Shown piece after piece: positions 1 through 10,182 of a stretch of 64,000 nucleotides of DNA. This stretch comes from Burkholderiales bacterium. Lineage in GTDB: Bacteria > Pseudomonadota > Gammaproteobacteria > Burkholderiales > JACQAP01. Each line of letters opens with the position of its first letter. The first letter of the stretch is position 1. The translations under genes and the position numbers were made by a program. The stretch lies in contig DATENC010000025.1 of NCBI GenBank assembly GCA_035275265.1, forward strand, positions 10,230 through 74,229, written 5' to 3'. Under the pieces are notes generated by a model that saw only the letters and a program-made list of their open reading frames with translations, searched no databases and had not been told where the DNA came from.

Positions 1-16
1 TCTACCTATCTATTGT

Positions 17-859
17 TTGAATGGCAGTACAAATCGACGAAACCTTGAACCCGTTGTTCTACCCGACATCCGCACAGGTTTGACAACACATATGCAAAGA
101 CAAATGTCGATGGAATTCAGGCTATTGCTGATCCTGACTGCGACCATTGCTCCGGCAGTTTCTGTAGTTCGGATGGACCCGCAAACACGTTTCCACGACT
201 ACTGCAACTCGCTCACGTGCTGGTGGGGAGCAATACGTCATCTACCCGTGGATATTGTTTGGGTCGAAAACTCCGGATATCCGACTGCCGATATCACCGG
301 TCTCATCGGATCCCTAGGCGCAAACGATAGAATTGTCGTATTGCAGGTAGCTACAGACGCCGAACTCGTGAAGAAGAACGGCAAGGGGGCGGGAGAAGCA
401 CTAATGCTGGATTCCGTGGCCAGGCTCTTTCCGTTGGAAGGCTACTCACACATTGGAAAATGCACAGGCCGCCTTTGGATGCGAAACGCAAGTCGATTGA
501 TTGCAGAATATGCCGACAGCAATACCGATGTCTGGTTTGCAATTCGATCGGATTTCCACTTCGTGGATACCCGCTTTTTTCTGTGCTCGAGGCGATTTTT
601 TGTTTCTCATTTTCTGGGGATGGCTTCCGAAACAAACGATGACGCGGGATTGTACGTGGAGCACATAGCTGCCAAGCGAATACTGAGCGCAATTGCGCAG
701 GGGGAAAATTTCGGCTTCTTTCCGGATCTGCCCAGATATCAGGGGACCGGCGCAACAGATGGTAAGCGGCATGACGGCGTGATGGGGGCTGTCCGATATT
801 TCGTCAAGAATTCTTTGCACCAATTCGCAAGACAATTTGCAAAGTGGATCTATTTGTAG
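17..859 (+). CDS. hypothetical protein, first gene of the plus-strand EPS operon
   Basis: 280-aa ORF with clearly lower GC than its neighbours. The ORF track opens on TTG; in-frame ATGs at 92/104/110 (MQRQMSMEFRLLLILTATI) are more plausible starts. No motif I can name. Confidence 0.45.
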   Translation: MNGSTNRRNLEPVVLPDIRTGLTTHMQRQMSMEFRLLLILTATIAPAVSVVRMDPQTRFHDYCNSLTCWWGAIRHLPVDIVWVENSGYPTADITGLIGSLGANDRIVVLQVATDAELVKKNGKGAGEALMLDSVARLFPLEGYSHIGKCTGRLWMRNASRLIAEYADSNTDVWFAIRSDFHFVDTRFFLCSRRFFVSHFLGMASETNDDAGLYVEHIAAKRILSAIAQGENFGFFPDLPRYQGTGATDGKRHDGVMGAVRYFVKNSLHQFARQFAKWIYL

Positions 860-903
860 GACGCAGGAGATACTGCCCGCCCGATTAGCAGTGGACAAGG
901 ATC

Positions 904-2280
904 GTGAATTTATCGAACCCATGCATTTCCGCTGCAAGCTCAAGCGAGACATTGACCGACGCATGCCGTCTCGTCACTCGCGACCTGTTTGTCTCGCTTT
1001 TTGAAGCGTTCGAGATTGCAGGCGTTGAGCATGTCATCGTCGGACAGACCGCCGGCTTTCCGGAGCATGTTCTGTCGGACGTCGATATTGTCGTTCGCCC
1101 CGGCGATTTGCGGCGGGTGCGGGACATTGTCTGGCAGTGGCACGACGGAGCGCGACTGTCGCAGATTCTGCAGCACGAGATTGGAGCAATCTACTTTGTG
1201 CTCAGCGCGCGCTGTGGCGATCATTTTGTGCATTTTCATCCGGATGTTTCGGCCGACTATCGGCGTGGGGCGCGTTGCTGGTTGACTGCCGATTATCTGT
1301 TGGCCGGGAGGGTACGGGACCCGGCTGGATTTTGGGTGCCGGCTCCATCCTCCGCCTTTGCTTATTACCTGGTAAAGCGGATAGACAAGTTGTCGCTGGG
1401 CGACGCTCATATGCGATACCTGCATGGCGTCTTCATGAAGGCGCCCCAGGCGTGCGAGGAAATTGGGCGGTGCCTATTGGGCGACGCCGCTTGGAACACG
1501 TTCTGGACGTTCCTGCTGCAAGACCTTTCAGTCCCGCTTGCCACACTCAGGGATTTGCAACGGGCTTTGGTGATGCGCGCGCCGCGTGAACCTTTGAACC
1601 GGGCACTTTGGGCGCGGTGGCTTGAGTTCCGGCGCAAACTGCGGCGGGTCTTTCGTCCCACGGGTCTGGTGGTGGCGGTGCTTGGACCGGATGGTGCGGG
1701 CAAAAGCACGATCATAGAAGGCATGCGCGAGGAGTTGTCACAGGCGTTCCGCCGAACCGACTACTTCCACCTTCGACCCCGACTGCTGCGCAGCGGCGGT
1801 ACCGGTAGCGCACCGGTCACCGATCCGCACGGTTTGCCGCCGCGCGGCAAACCGGCTTCGATAGCCAAGCTCGGAATGGTCGTGGCGGATGCATGGCTGG
1901 GGCACGCACTGAGCGTTTTTCCGCTCAAATGCCGCTCCAGCCTCGTGATCTTCGATCGCTACGCGCACGACATGTTGGCCGATCCGCTACGCTACCGATT
2001 GTCCACGCCGCGCTGGCTCAACGCCGTGCTGCTGTGGCCGGTACCTTTGCCGGACCTCTACCTGATTCTCGACGCTCCCGTGACCGTGCTTCTGGGACGC
2101 AAGGCGGAAGTTTCAGCCGCCGCGTGTGCCGCACAACTGGACGGCTACCGGGACCTGCTGCGGCAATTGCCACACGCGGTAAGAATCGACACGGCACAGC
2201 TGGCGAAAGCTTCGATCGCAGACGCTTGCGAAGCGGTGCTCGCGCGAATGCGCGAACGGCTCGCCAATCCGGCGATCTGA
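904..2280 (+). CDS. two-domain protein: N-terminal nucleotidyltransferase-like region plus C-terminal P-loop (dTMP-kinase-like) kinase domain
   Basis: Walker A VAVLGPDGAGKST, then VIFDRYAHD as in thymidylate-kinase-like P-loop kinases. The N-terminal half carries SDVDIVVRPGD, as in uncharacterised nucleotidyltransferase domains. GTG start. Confidence 0.6.
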   Translation: MNLSNPCISAASSSETLTDACRLVTRDLFVSLFEAFEIAGVEHVIVGQTAGFPEHVLSDVDIVVRPGDLRRVRDIVWQWHDGARLSQILQHEIGAIYFVLSARCGDHFVHFHPDVSADYRRGARCWLTADYLLAGRVRDPAGFWVPAPSSAFAYYLVKRIDKLSLGDAHMRYLHGVFMKAPQACEEIGRCLLGDAAWNTFWTFLLQDLSVPLATLRDLQRALVMRAPREPLNRALWARWLEFRRKLRRVFRPTGLVVAVLGPDGAGKSTIIEGMREELSQAFRRTDYFHLRPRLLRSGGTGSAPVTDPHGLPPRGKPASIAKLGMVVADAWLGHALSVFPLKCRSSLVIFDRYAHDMLADPLRYRLSTPRWLNAVLLWPVPLPDLYLILDAPVTVLLGRKAEVSAAACAAQLDGYRDLLRQLPHAVRIDTAQLAKASIADACEAVLARMRERLANPAI

Positions 2281-2284
2281 AAAA

Positions 2285-3514
2285 ATGCGGCTACTTCTGT
2301 CTGCGTACGCATGCGAACCCGAGCGGGGATCGGAACCTGGCGTCGGTTGGAATTGGGCAATCGAGCTCAGAGCCTCGGGACACGATGTCTGGGTCCTGAC
2401 CCGCGCCAACAATCAGGAATGTATAGAGCAGGCACTCAAGTCGCTTGATCAAACCCGTCGGCCGAACTTTCTCTATTTCGACTTGCCACATTGGGTGCGC
2501 TGGTGGAAGCGCGGGGGACGCGGAGTGCGTCTTTATTACTACCTTTGGCAAATCGGGGCGTTGCAGGTGGCGCGCCGTGCCCACGCAATCCATCGATTCG
2601 AAGCCGTGCAACACTTGACTTTCGGCGTATTCCGGCAACCCAGCTTGATGGGGCGCTTGGGCATTCCTTTTGTCCTGGGTCCGGTCGGCGGCGGTGAACA
2701 GACACCCGCGGGCTTACGTGGCGTTTTTCCGTTCAGGCAGCGCATGCTAGAGCGTCTGCGTGACATGGCCAATGAAGTAATGCTGCACGACCCTCTGGTG
2801 GTGGATGCCTATTCGCGCGCGACAACCATCCTCGCCAAGACACCTGATACGCTGGCACGAATTCCGAAGGCTGCGCGGGGCCGGGCTCGCTGCTTTCTCG
2901 AAGTGGGCATTGCGCCCGGCATGATCGCGGCCGGCCCGCTGGAACCGTGGGCAGGCGGGACGTTCAGATTGCTGTATGTCGGGAGATTCATTCACTTGAA
3001 AGGCATCGCCCTAGGTATTCGCGCGCTTGCCAGACTGCGCCGGGAAGGCTGGGCGGTCACGCTCACCATGGTGGGCAGCGGACCAGAGGCATCGCTGTGG
3101 AAAGATCAGGCAGGTTCGCTCGGCGTTGCGGAGCATGTACAGTGGTTCGGCTGGACGCCGCAAAGTCAACTCCCGGCGATCTTTCGGGCGCACCATGCTC
3201 TCCTGTTCCCCAGCTTGCACGATTCGAGCGGCAACGCGGTGCTGGAGGCCATGGCTCAGGGACTACCGATAGTTTGTCTCGATATCGGCGGACCTCCGGC
3301 GGTCGCCGGTCCCGAAGCGGCCGTGATTGTTGCCACGGTTTCACGCAGCGAGGCAGATGTCGTAAACGCGCTTGCGGCCATGGTTGCGGAAATGATTGCC
3401 TCGCCGACGCTTCATGCTGCCAAGTCGGCCGCTGCGCTGGCGCGCGCACGCGGCATGACGTGGCAAACCGTCGTTGGGCGACTCTGGCAACCCGAATCCC
3501 AAAAGAGCAACTGA
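2285..3514 (+). CDS. glycosyltransferase, GT-B fold (family 4 / group 1)
   Basis: N-terminal ACEPERGSEPGVGW and C-terminal FPSLHDSSGNAVLEAMAQGLPIV (E-x7-E region), typical of group 1 glycosyltransferases. Confidence 0.8.
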   Translation: MRLLLSAYACEPERGSEPGVGWNWAIELRASGHDVWVLTRANNQECIEQALKSLDQTRRPNFLYFDLPHWVRWWKRGGRGVRLYYYLWQIGALQVARRAHAIHRFEAVQHLTFGVFRQPSLMGRLGIPFVLGPVGGGEQTPAGLRGVFPFRQRMLERLRDMANEVMLHDPLVVDAYSRATTILAKTPDTLARIPKAARGRARCFLEVGIAPGMIAAGPLEPWAGGTFRLLYVGRFIHLKGIALGIRALARLRREGWAVTLTMVGSGPEASLWKDQAGSLGVAEHVQWFGWTPQSQLPAIFRAHHALLFPSLHDSSGNAVLEAMAQGLPIVCLDIGGPPAVAGPEAAVIVATVSRSEADVVNALAAMVAEMIASPTLHAAKSAAALARARGMTWQTVVGRLWQPESQKSN

Positions 3515-3515
3515 C

Positions 3516-3956
3516 GTGTCAGCCCAGCCTCCATTTCCGTCCAATCCGATTGCCAGCCGCGTGTTACTTTGGCTGGCACGACATCGCCTGCGCAAACTGC
3601 TGCGGCTGGCAAACATAATTCTCGGCTGTGATTTTTATGCGGAAGTGCCGCACGCCATTCACTTGCCCCACCCCAATGGAGTGGTGGTGCATTCGCGCGC
3701 GCGCATTGGCCGTGGAGTGACCATCATGCATCAGGTGACGCTGGGCGAGAAATCGCTTTCCATCGAAGGTGGGTTTCCGACAATAGGCGACGAGGTTTTC
3801 ATCGGGGCCGGCGCCAAGGTACTGGGCAACGTAAGCATTGGCCATGGCGCAGTTGTCGGCGCGAACGCGGTCGTGACCAGGAACGTGCCGCCCGGCCGCA
3901 CCGTGGTGGGTTTTAATCGATTGCTAGAGCCCCCCGTTTCTTCCGGAGACAATTGA
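3516..3956 (+). CDS. hexapeptide-repeat O-acetyltransferase (CysE/WcaB-like)
   Basis: Left-handed beta-helix repeats IGRGVTIMHQVTLG and IGDEVFIGAGAKVLGNVSIGHGAVVGANAVV. The ORF track start at 3474 overlaps the upstream GT by 41 nt; I prefer the in-frame GTG at 3516, just after that gene's stop. Confidence 0.75.
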   Translation: MSAQPPFPSNPIASRVLLWLARHRLRKLLRLANIILGCDFYAEVPHAIHLPHPNGVVVHSRARIGRGVTIMHQVTLGEKSLSIEGGFPTIGDEVFIGAGAKVLGNVSIGHGAVVGANAVVTRNVPPGRTVVGFNRLLEPPVSSGDN

Positions 3957-5275
3957 TGGACGGCTCGCCGATCGCGGCGTCAAATCGCGCGACGGTTATG
4001 CGCAATTCGGGAACGATCGACTTCACCGATGGCTGCCTGGTGGTGGCAATTGCCATCGCCATGTTTTGGGCGGTTGATCCATTCGGGTTGCACCTTTGGC
4101 GCCCGTCCGCGACGCGGCATATTCCCATTCTGACCGCCGTCGGGGCGGTATTTCTTGGCGCCGCAGGCCGCCTCCTCAATCGTCCTGAGGCCCTGCAGGA
4201 ACTGGTATGTGCTTTTCGCACCTATCTCGCACTGTCAGTGCTCGCGGTTTTCGTCATCGTGGGCAGCCTGTATGCCCGATTCGCACTCGGCAATGGGAAT
4301 ACTTTCATAACGATCGGGGTCTTCCTGCTGCTGGGCGGACCCATCAATTTGTGGATCGTCGGCACGTCGAATGCTCCGTTGGCTATGGTCCGAAGTATTA
4401 CCGTCGTCTTCTTCGGGATTTCGTTTCTGGGGGTGGCCGCGGCCGCAGTCCAGCCCATAGGTCTGGTCTACCATTCGATGGAACATATCGTTCTCGCGTC
4501 AATGGCCTTTCCCCTGCTTTTCGGGAAAAAGATCTGGTTTCGTGCCATCGGCGTGGTGCTAGTCGTCCTCGGCACCGTCGCGCCCAACAAGCTCACCGGA
4601 TACATCGTCATGCTGATGATTTTCGGGTGGGTGTATTTGGATGAATTGATGATCTGGACGGCAAAGGATCGTGACAGGGTTCGGGCAGGCCTGCGAACCT
4701 GTCTTGGCATCATGGCGGCCTTGCTTGTCACGCCAGCTCTGTTTGTCGTGTACCAATCCACCAAATCGCACTTGGCCGACGGCAATACGGTTTTCCGGAC
4801 GCACAACTATGAGATGGCCTTCAACCGCTTTCTCGATTCCTGGATCTGGGGACGCGGGTTCGCCGCCCCCTCGGTCGACTATTTCGATGTATTCGTCGTA
4901 AACGTCAGCACCCAGTATCTACCCACGCATTCCGATCCGCTGGATATCCTGGCTAATGGCGGCCTGATTGCCGCGGTGCCATTCGTGCTGGGACTGTTAT
5001 CCATGATCCTGGCCGGATGGAAAGCCCTGGATACCAGCCGAAAGCCGGGCAGCCCGCATCAACGGGACTTGAGGCCCCAGTTGGCCATGTACTTTCTCAT
5101 TGTGGTTACCGGCCTGTCGGTCATGGCATTCAACCCTGTGCTGAATCAGGCAAGTCTGGCCTACACCTACTGGACTGCGTCGGCGGCCATGTACTCGCTG
5201 GTCGCTGCCATGAAAACCGACATGGCTTCCGTTACGCCATTCTCCGAAGCGCTTCGTGGGCGAGCAAAGCCGTGA
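3953..5275 (+). CDS. polytopic membrane protein, O-antigen ligase / Wzy-like polymerase
   Basis: 440 aa with about ten hydrophobic segments and a larger loop near the C-terminal third. ATGA overlap with the acetyltransferase; EPS operon context. Confidence 0.65.
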   Translation: MMDGSPIAASNRATVMRNSGTIDFTDGCLVVAIAIAMFWAVDPFGLHLWRPSATRHIPILTAVGAVFLGAAGRLLNRPEALQELVCAFRTYLALSVLAVFVIVGSLYARFALGNGNTFITIGVFLLLGGPINLWIVGTSNAPLAMVRSITVVFFGISFLGVAAAAVQPIGLVYHSMEHIVLASMAFPLLFGKKIWFRAIGVVLVVLGTVAPNKLTGYIVMLMIFGWVYLDELMIWTAKDRDRVRAGLRTCLGIMAALLVTPALFVVYQSTKSHLADGNTVFRTHNYEMAFNRFLDSWIWGRGFAAPSVDYFDVFVVNVSTQYLPTHSDPLDILANGGLIAAVPFVLGLLSMILAGWKALDTSRKPGSPHQRDLRPQLAMYFLIVVTGLSVMAFNPVLNQASLAYTYWTASAAMYSLVAAMKTDMASVTPFSEALRGRAKP

Positions 5276-5409
5276 GGAATGCGGGCATTGCCGCGGAGCT
5301 CTGGTCCGTAACACACCAGCAAGCGTGCGCATCGGGATAGGGGAATGAAGAGACCTCTTGCCGTGAACGGCGCTTGCTGCTTTTCACTGCGGCCAGAATG
5401 TAGAGAATC

Positions 5410-6408
5410 TTGGATAACATCAAAATTTATCTAGATTCTCCGCCTGCGGGACTCCGCCCGTCCGCCCCCGCATCCATGCCAGGCGTGAGTCGCCACCTGA
5501 TGACTTTTCATTCGGGATATCCGTATTCGCTGGCCGCCGAACGCCTTGCGCGTCAAGCCAGGACGACCGGCTGGTTCAAGAATGTCGACGTTTTTCACCC
5601 GGGCTCGCCGCACGCCGCGATGCAAGCGTTCGTCGCGAATCACGGCGAATTTGTCCGCCGCAATCCGCGCGGCTACGGTTGTTGGCGCTGGAAGCCGCTG
5701 CTGGTCCAGGCCATGCTGGCATCGCTGCCCGAAGGGGATCACCTCTACTATATGGACGCGGGCTGCGAGTTGTCCGTTATCGGTTCCGCTCGCTTTGCAG
5801 CACTCGATCACGAACTGGCTTGCCGCGGCATTTTGTGTTTCGAGATCGCCTTTCCGGAACTGGGCTGGTGCAAGCGTGAGGCAGTCGATGCCATTTTCGG
5901 CAACTGGGACGATGTCGCAACGAGGTCCCGGCAGATCCAATCCACATGGTTCGGCCTGCGCAACATCGCTTCGATGCGCGAGAGAATCGTGGAATGGGTT
6001 GCATGGGCGACGCAGGGAGATTTGATAACCGATTCCTGCGATTCAGAATATCAGCATCCGCTCTTCCAAGACCACCGGCATGACCAAGCCTTGTGGAGTC
6101 TGATGCTCAAGAAGCACGGAATCCAGCCGATGCCGCAGGAGGATTGCTTCGAGAGATGGCTGTATGTCCGGGATTCGTGGGTACTTCTGGCCCCCGTCCA
6201 CGGCCTGCGCTCACGAGGCAATCGCTCGCGAATTGAAGGCATCGTTGCTGCTTCCAGCGAGAAGGGATGCCTGAGGAATCTGTCGACGCCATCGATGCCG
6301 TTCAGAGGGCGCCTTGCATTCTCGCGTATTGGCATGCTGGCTGTCGGCATTTTCGGCCGGCTGCGCGCCAATTTGCGAGCCGCGACAGCCCGGACACCTC
6401 TGCGCTGA
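5410..6408 (+). CDS. hypothetical protein (possible nucleotide-sugar enzyme)
   Basis: 332-aa ORF opening on TTG, with ATG alternatives at 5476/5500. It has an acidic YYMDAGCEL motif but I do not recognise the family. Confidence 0.45.
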   Translation: MDNIKIYLDSPPAGLRPSAPASMPGVSRHLMTFHSGYPYSLAAERLARQARTTGWFKNVDVFHPGSPHAAMQAFVANHGEFVRRNPRGYGCWRWKPLLVQAMLASLPEGDHLYYMDAGCELSVIGSARFAALDHELACRGILCFEIAFPELGWCKREAVDAIFGNWDDVATRSRQIQSTWFGLRNIASMRERIVEWVAWATQGDLITDSCDSEYQHPLFQDHRHDQALWSLMLKKHGIQPMPQEDCFERWLYVRDSWVLLAPVHGLRSRGNRSRIEGIVAASSEKGCLRNLSTPSMPFRGRLAFSRIGMLAVGIFGRLRANLRAATARTPLR

Positions 6409-6410
6409 CG

Positions 6411-7259
6411 ATGTCGAAACCTTCCATGAACCCGCCCGTTTCCATTTCTCTGATCACCTGCTCATTCCAGCAAGGACCCTTTATCGACGCAACCATTCGC
6501 TCGGTACTCGATCAGGACTATCCCGGCCTGGAATACATCGTCATCGACGGCGGATCTTCCGACAGCAGCGTCGACACCATCCGCAGGCATGGTTATCGGC
6601 TGGCCTATTGGGTCTCCGAACCCGATCACGGTCAGTCGGATGCCCTCATCAAGGGTTTTGCCCGCGCGCGCGGCGACATCCAGGGCTGGTTGTGCTCGGA
6701 TGACCTGCTGTTGCCAGGCGCTCTTCACGCTGTCGCGACTTTCTTCGCCGGCCATCCGGGGGTGGACGCCGTCTACGGCGACGCCTTGTGGATTGACGCA
6801 ATCGGCAATTGCCTGCGGCCCAAAAAGGAACCGGGGTTTCACCGCCTTGCGTTCCTGTTCGATCACAACTACATTCCGCAGCCTTCAATGTTCTGGCGTC
6901 GGAGTCTGTACGAAAAAGTAGGCGGCCTTGATCCCAATTTTCACCTAGCGATGGATGCCGACCTTTGGGAGCGCTTTTCCCGCGTTACAAAGATCGGCCA
7001 CATCCCTCGCTATCTGTCGTGCATGCGCTACTACCCGGAGCAGAAGACGCGCGCGCTCAGGCCCCAGGGTCGCGTTGAAGACGCGCTTCTGCGCGAGCGC
7101 TCCGCGCTGACGCGCTGGCCCATGCTGCCAATATGGCGCGCGCTGGCACGTTGCCAGCGAATCGCGACCAAGGCGCTTGCAGGCGGCTACGGCGCCACCG
7201 CGTCGGATGAAGTCACGAATTCATTGGCGAGGTACCGAATCCTCGCCGATCAGCACTGA
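6411..7259 (+). CDS. glycosyltransferase family 2 (GT-A)
   Basis: ISLITCSFQQGPFIDATIRSVLDQDYPGLEYIVIDGGSSD ... CSDD signature. ATG 6411 (MSKPSMNPP) is chosen because the longer ORF (from 6267) overlaps the previous gene. Confidence 0.8.
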   Translation: MSKPSMNPPVSISLITCSFQQGPFIDATIRSVLDQDYPGLEYIVIDGGSSDSSVDTIRRHGYRLAYWVSEPDHGQSDALIKGFARARGDIQGWLCSDDLLLPGALHAVATFFAGHPGVDAVYGDALWIDAIGNCLRPKKEPGFHRLAFLFDHNYIPQPSMFWRRSLYEKVGGLDPNFHLAMDADLWERFSRVTKIGHIPRYLSCMRYYPEQKTRALRPQGRVEDALLRERSALTRWPMLPIWRALARCQRIATKALAGGYGATASDEVTNSLARYRILADQH

Positions 7260-8429
7260 ATGAACGCTGTCGAAGATTGGAAAGAATTTGCCAACTCGCT
7301 TGGCCGTGATGCGGCAATAGAGGGTATCGGTAGCAACTGGTCGCTCATTTTTGCCCGGCGCGACAGGACCATCGCACTGCCGGCTTCCAAATTGCCAAAT
7401 TCGGCCAGCATTCGCTTTTTTGTGCGTACCCCAAAGAAGCGGCGGTGGGCTTGGTTCGTCCTGTTATGCCATTGGTTTGCGCACGGATTGTTGCCGCAAG
7501 TGCAGCTTTCCGCCAGGCAGCATGGCGAACTGCGACGCTTTCTGAGCGCCCTTGATACTGAGCATGGACCGCCGACAAGCGATATTCTGGCCATTCAGTT
7601 CGGGTCTAGCGGCCCACTGCAAAAAGTCACTGTGCTGGCAAACGCATCCGACGGGAGTCGGCTGGTGGCCAAGTTTGCGCTGCGCGAAAGCGCCGATGAC
7701 ACGATCGCCAGGGAAGCGGGCTGGCTTGGGCGGCTTGCCGGCTGCCCAAGTATGGCAGCACATATCCCTGTCGTGGTTGATATTGGCAAGACATGGACGG
7801 GTCGCCCGTACTTCGTCATGCGTGCCTTGACGGGAAAACCCGCGCGAGGAAAATTTGAAAGGAACCATGTCGACCTGCTGCGCAGCATTTTCGCCGTGGA
7901 CTGTCGCGTCATGGCATGGCAGGAGTCCGCATTGGTTCAGGACATTGAAACTCGACTTACCATGCTTGCGAAGTCGGATGCGAACGGTTTGCAGACATTG
8001 AGCGCCGGGTGGTCCGCCGCCTGCCGTGCCCTGACCGGCAAGCACGTACCGCTGTGTCTGAGCCATGGCGACTTCGCTTCATGGAACTTGTTGTGCACAG
8101 CCCGGGGGCTGGTCGCGCTGGATTGGGAATACGCCCGGTCGCACTGGAACCCCCTGGGTGACTTCTTTCATTTCCATTTGATTTACCCTGCGCTCGATGG
8201 AAGCTTGCGCAAAGGGCGCATCCGACGCGACCTGCTGCTTTCGAATGCCTCGGACCATGCCGCGGATATCTTTGCTCTCGACCGCGCATTCACATCGTCG
8301 ATCGCTACACCGTTGCTTCTCGTCTACCTGGTCGACACGGTGTCTTTCTATGCCGCAGTTTCGGGAAGCATCGAGCGGCAGCATCCGGTGGTCGATTCCT
8401 ACCTTCAGTGGATATCGGAGCTGACATGA
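7260..8429 (+). CDS. aminoglycoside-phosphotransferase-fold (protein-kinase-like) kinase
   Basis: Catalytic-loop motif CLSHGDFASWNLL, then ALDWEYA. It starts immediately after the GT2 stop codon. Confidence 0.65.
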   Translation: MNAVEDWKEFANSLGRDAAIEGIGSNWSLIFARRDRTIALPASKLPNSASIRFFVRTPKKRRWAWFVLLCHWFAHGLLPQVQLSARQHGELRRFLSALDTEHGPPTSDILAIQFGSSGPLQKVTVLANASDGSRLVAKFALRESADDTIAREAGWLGRLAGCPSMAAHIPVVVDIGKTWTGRPYFVMRALTGKPARGKFERNHVDLLRSIFAVDCRVMAWQESALVQDIETRLTMLAKSDANGLQTLSAGWSAACRALTGKHVPLCLSHGDFASWNLLCTARGLVALDWEYARSHWNPLGDFFHFHLIYPALDGSLRKGRIRRDLLLSNASDHAADIFALDRAFTSSIATPLLLVYLVDTVSFYAAVSGSIERQHPVVDSYLQWISELT

Positions 8430-10108
8430 AGATCATCGATGCGAGGAGGCGGCTTCTTGCAACCTCGAAGCATGCCGTGCCGCTCGGCGCAATCGCCTGG
8501 CTGTTCGTCGGCAGCGCATCGGCGGCGAACCTGGTTGTAAATCCGGCGAACACCAACGCTAACGACCGCGGAGAAGGCAGTGAATCTCAGCCCCTGCTTA
8601 CGATAGGTGCGGCAATGAAGCGCCTTAGACCAGGCGACCATGTTTTCATCGCCGAAGGCGTTTACCGGGAACCTGTGTTATTCCCGAGCCGGTCCTGGGA
8701 TGGTTCTCGGGAAACCGTGATCGAAGGCGATCCGAATGGGCACACATTGATCAAGGGGTCGGTCGTCATGACGGCCTGGCGATCCGAGGGTGGGGGTCGT
8801 TTCGTTGCACCGATCGGCTATGAGCCCGAGCAGGTCTTCGTGGATGGCGAACCGCTCCGACAAATCGGTGGCACGGTATTCGGCGGTTTCCCAGACCTCC
8901 CAACCCATCCCCTGGCACCGCTTTTCGCAGGGGCTCCAGGCGGCATCTGGCCGGGGCGCATAGCGGGCGGCCGTGCGTCGATGCCCGTCAACAGCTTCCA
9001 CTACGACAAATTGCAGGGCGATTTAATGATTCGCACGGCTGCGGACAGCCTCGACGGTCGCCGGGTAGAGGTTGGCGCCTTGCAACGCCTGGTGTCCGCA
9101 TCGGGCGTGGCGCGGGTCGTTCTCAAGAATCTTAGCTTCGAACACTCCAATACGACAGCAACGACCCGGGGTGGCGCGGTTCAGATGGAAGGCAAGAACA
9201 TCCGCATTGAAAATATCAAGATTCGGCGCACCGATGGCACATGCCTGGGGCTGAATGGCACAAATCATGAGATCAAGACCAGCAGTTTCAGCGAGTGTGG
9301 GCAGCTTGGAATGGGAGGAAGGGGCTCCGGGTGGGAAATTGCCGACGTGACAGTCAGCCGTAACAATACCCGCGGCTTCAACAAGTGGTGGGAGGCAGGC
9401 GGTGCCAAGTTCGTGGGCGAAGGTGGCCTGACGAATTCAACGATCTCGCGCTTCAAGGCCATAGAAAACTTCGGTGACGGGCTTTGGTTTGACTACAGGA
9501 ATCGCGATAACAGGATTACGAATTCGCTTTTCGCCTTCAACGCCGGCTTTGGACTGCATCTCGAGGTCTGCGAGTCTTTCCTGGTGGACCACAACGTTGC
9601 GTTAGGCAATCGCCAACGCGGCATCTACCTGAGGCAAACGTCGCTCAGCACCATCGCCTTTAACCTCGTGGCCAGCAATGGTCTGGACGGGGTGGCAATA
9701 ATCGCCGAAGGGCCCGGCGATTCAACCGGCAATAACTGGGTAGTGGGCAATGTCATGGCGTGGAACCAGGTTGGCCTGACCCTGCCCGAACCCTTGGGCG
9801 ACAACCGATCTGACGGCAACGCGTACGTGGGAGACGCCGCGGCGACCAGCGTGCGCATCGGGTGGGCAAAAGCCGTGTCCAGGGCGGACTGGACCGAAAA
9901 GGGCCTGGATAGCAACAGCGAGTGGCTGGATCTGTCCAAGGCTCTGCGGCCCGGGACTGACGCAGCCCAGTTACGCGATGAACTGCCCGGCTGGTACCGT
10001 ACGATGCGCAGCAGCCTGCGCGCCCTGCCCGCGCCGTTGATGCATTCCCTGAAAAACCGTGCATCTGCGCTGCAGAATCGCACAGATTCACGACCGGGCC
10101 CACCGTAA
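8426..10108 (+). CDS. secreted right-handed parallel beta-helix protein (polysaccharide lyase / epimerase / hydrolase-like)
   Basis: Signal peptide (AIAWLFVGSASAANL). Repeated beta-helix turns (NAGFGLHLE, NRQRGIYL, SNGLDGVAI, NNTRGFN). ATG 8426 makes an ATGA overlap with the kinase-like gene. Confidence 0.7.
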   Translation: MKIIDARRRLLATSKHAVPLGAIAWLFVGSASAANLVVNPANTNANDRGEGSESQPLLTIGAAMKRLRPGDHVFIAEGVYREPVLFPSRSWDGSRETVIEGDPNGHTLIKGSVVMTAWRSEGGGRFVAPIGYEPEQVFVDGEPLRQIGGTVFGGFPDLPTHPLAPLFAGAPGGIWPGRIAGGRASMPVNSFHYDKLQGDLMIRTAADSLDGRRVEVGALQRLVSASGVARVVLKNLSFEHSNTTATTRGGAVQMEGKNIRIENIKIRRTDGTCLGLNGTNHEIKTSSFSECGQLGMGGRGSGWEIADVTVSRNNTRGFNKWWEAGGAKFVGEGGLTNSTISRFKAIENFGDGLWFDYRNRDNRITNSLFAFNAGFGLHLEVCESFLVDHNVALGNRQRGIYLRQTSLSTIAFNLVASNGLDGVAIIAEGPGDSTGNNWVVGNVMAWNQVGLTLPEPLGDNRSDGNAYVGDAAATSVRIGWAKAVSRADWTEKGLDSNSEWLDLSKALRPGTDAAQLRDELPGWYRTMRSSLRALPAPLMHSLKNRASALQNRTDSRPGPP

Positions 10109-10115
10109 CCGTCAG

Positions 10116-10148
10116 GTCTCGCGACGACCCCTGCACGCCCAGCGAGAC
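10116..10148. terminator. weak hairpin between the convergent EPS operons
   Basis: GTCTCGC (10116-10122) pairs with GCGAGAC (10142-10148) across a 19-nt loop. There is no clear U-tract. Confidence 0.3.
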
Positions 10149-10182
10149 GGCCACGGCGCTAACAGCCAGGCCATGACTCGCG

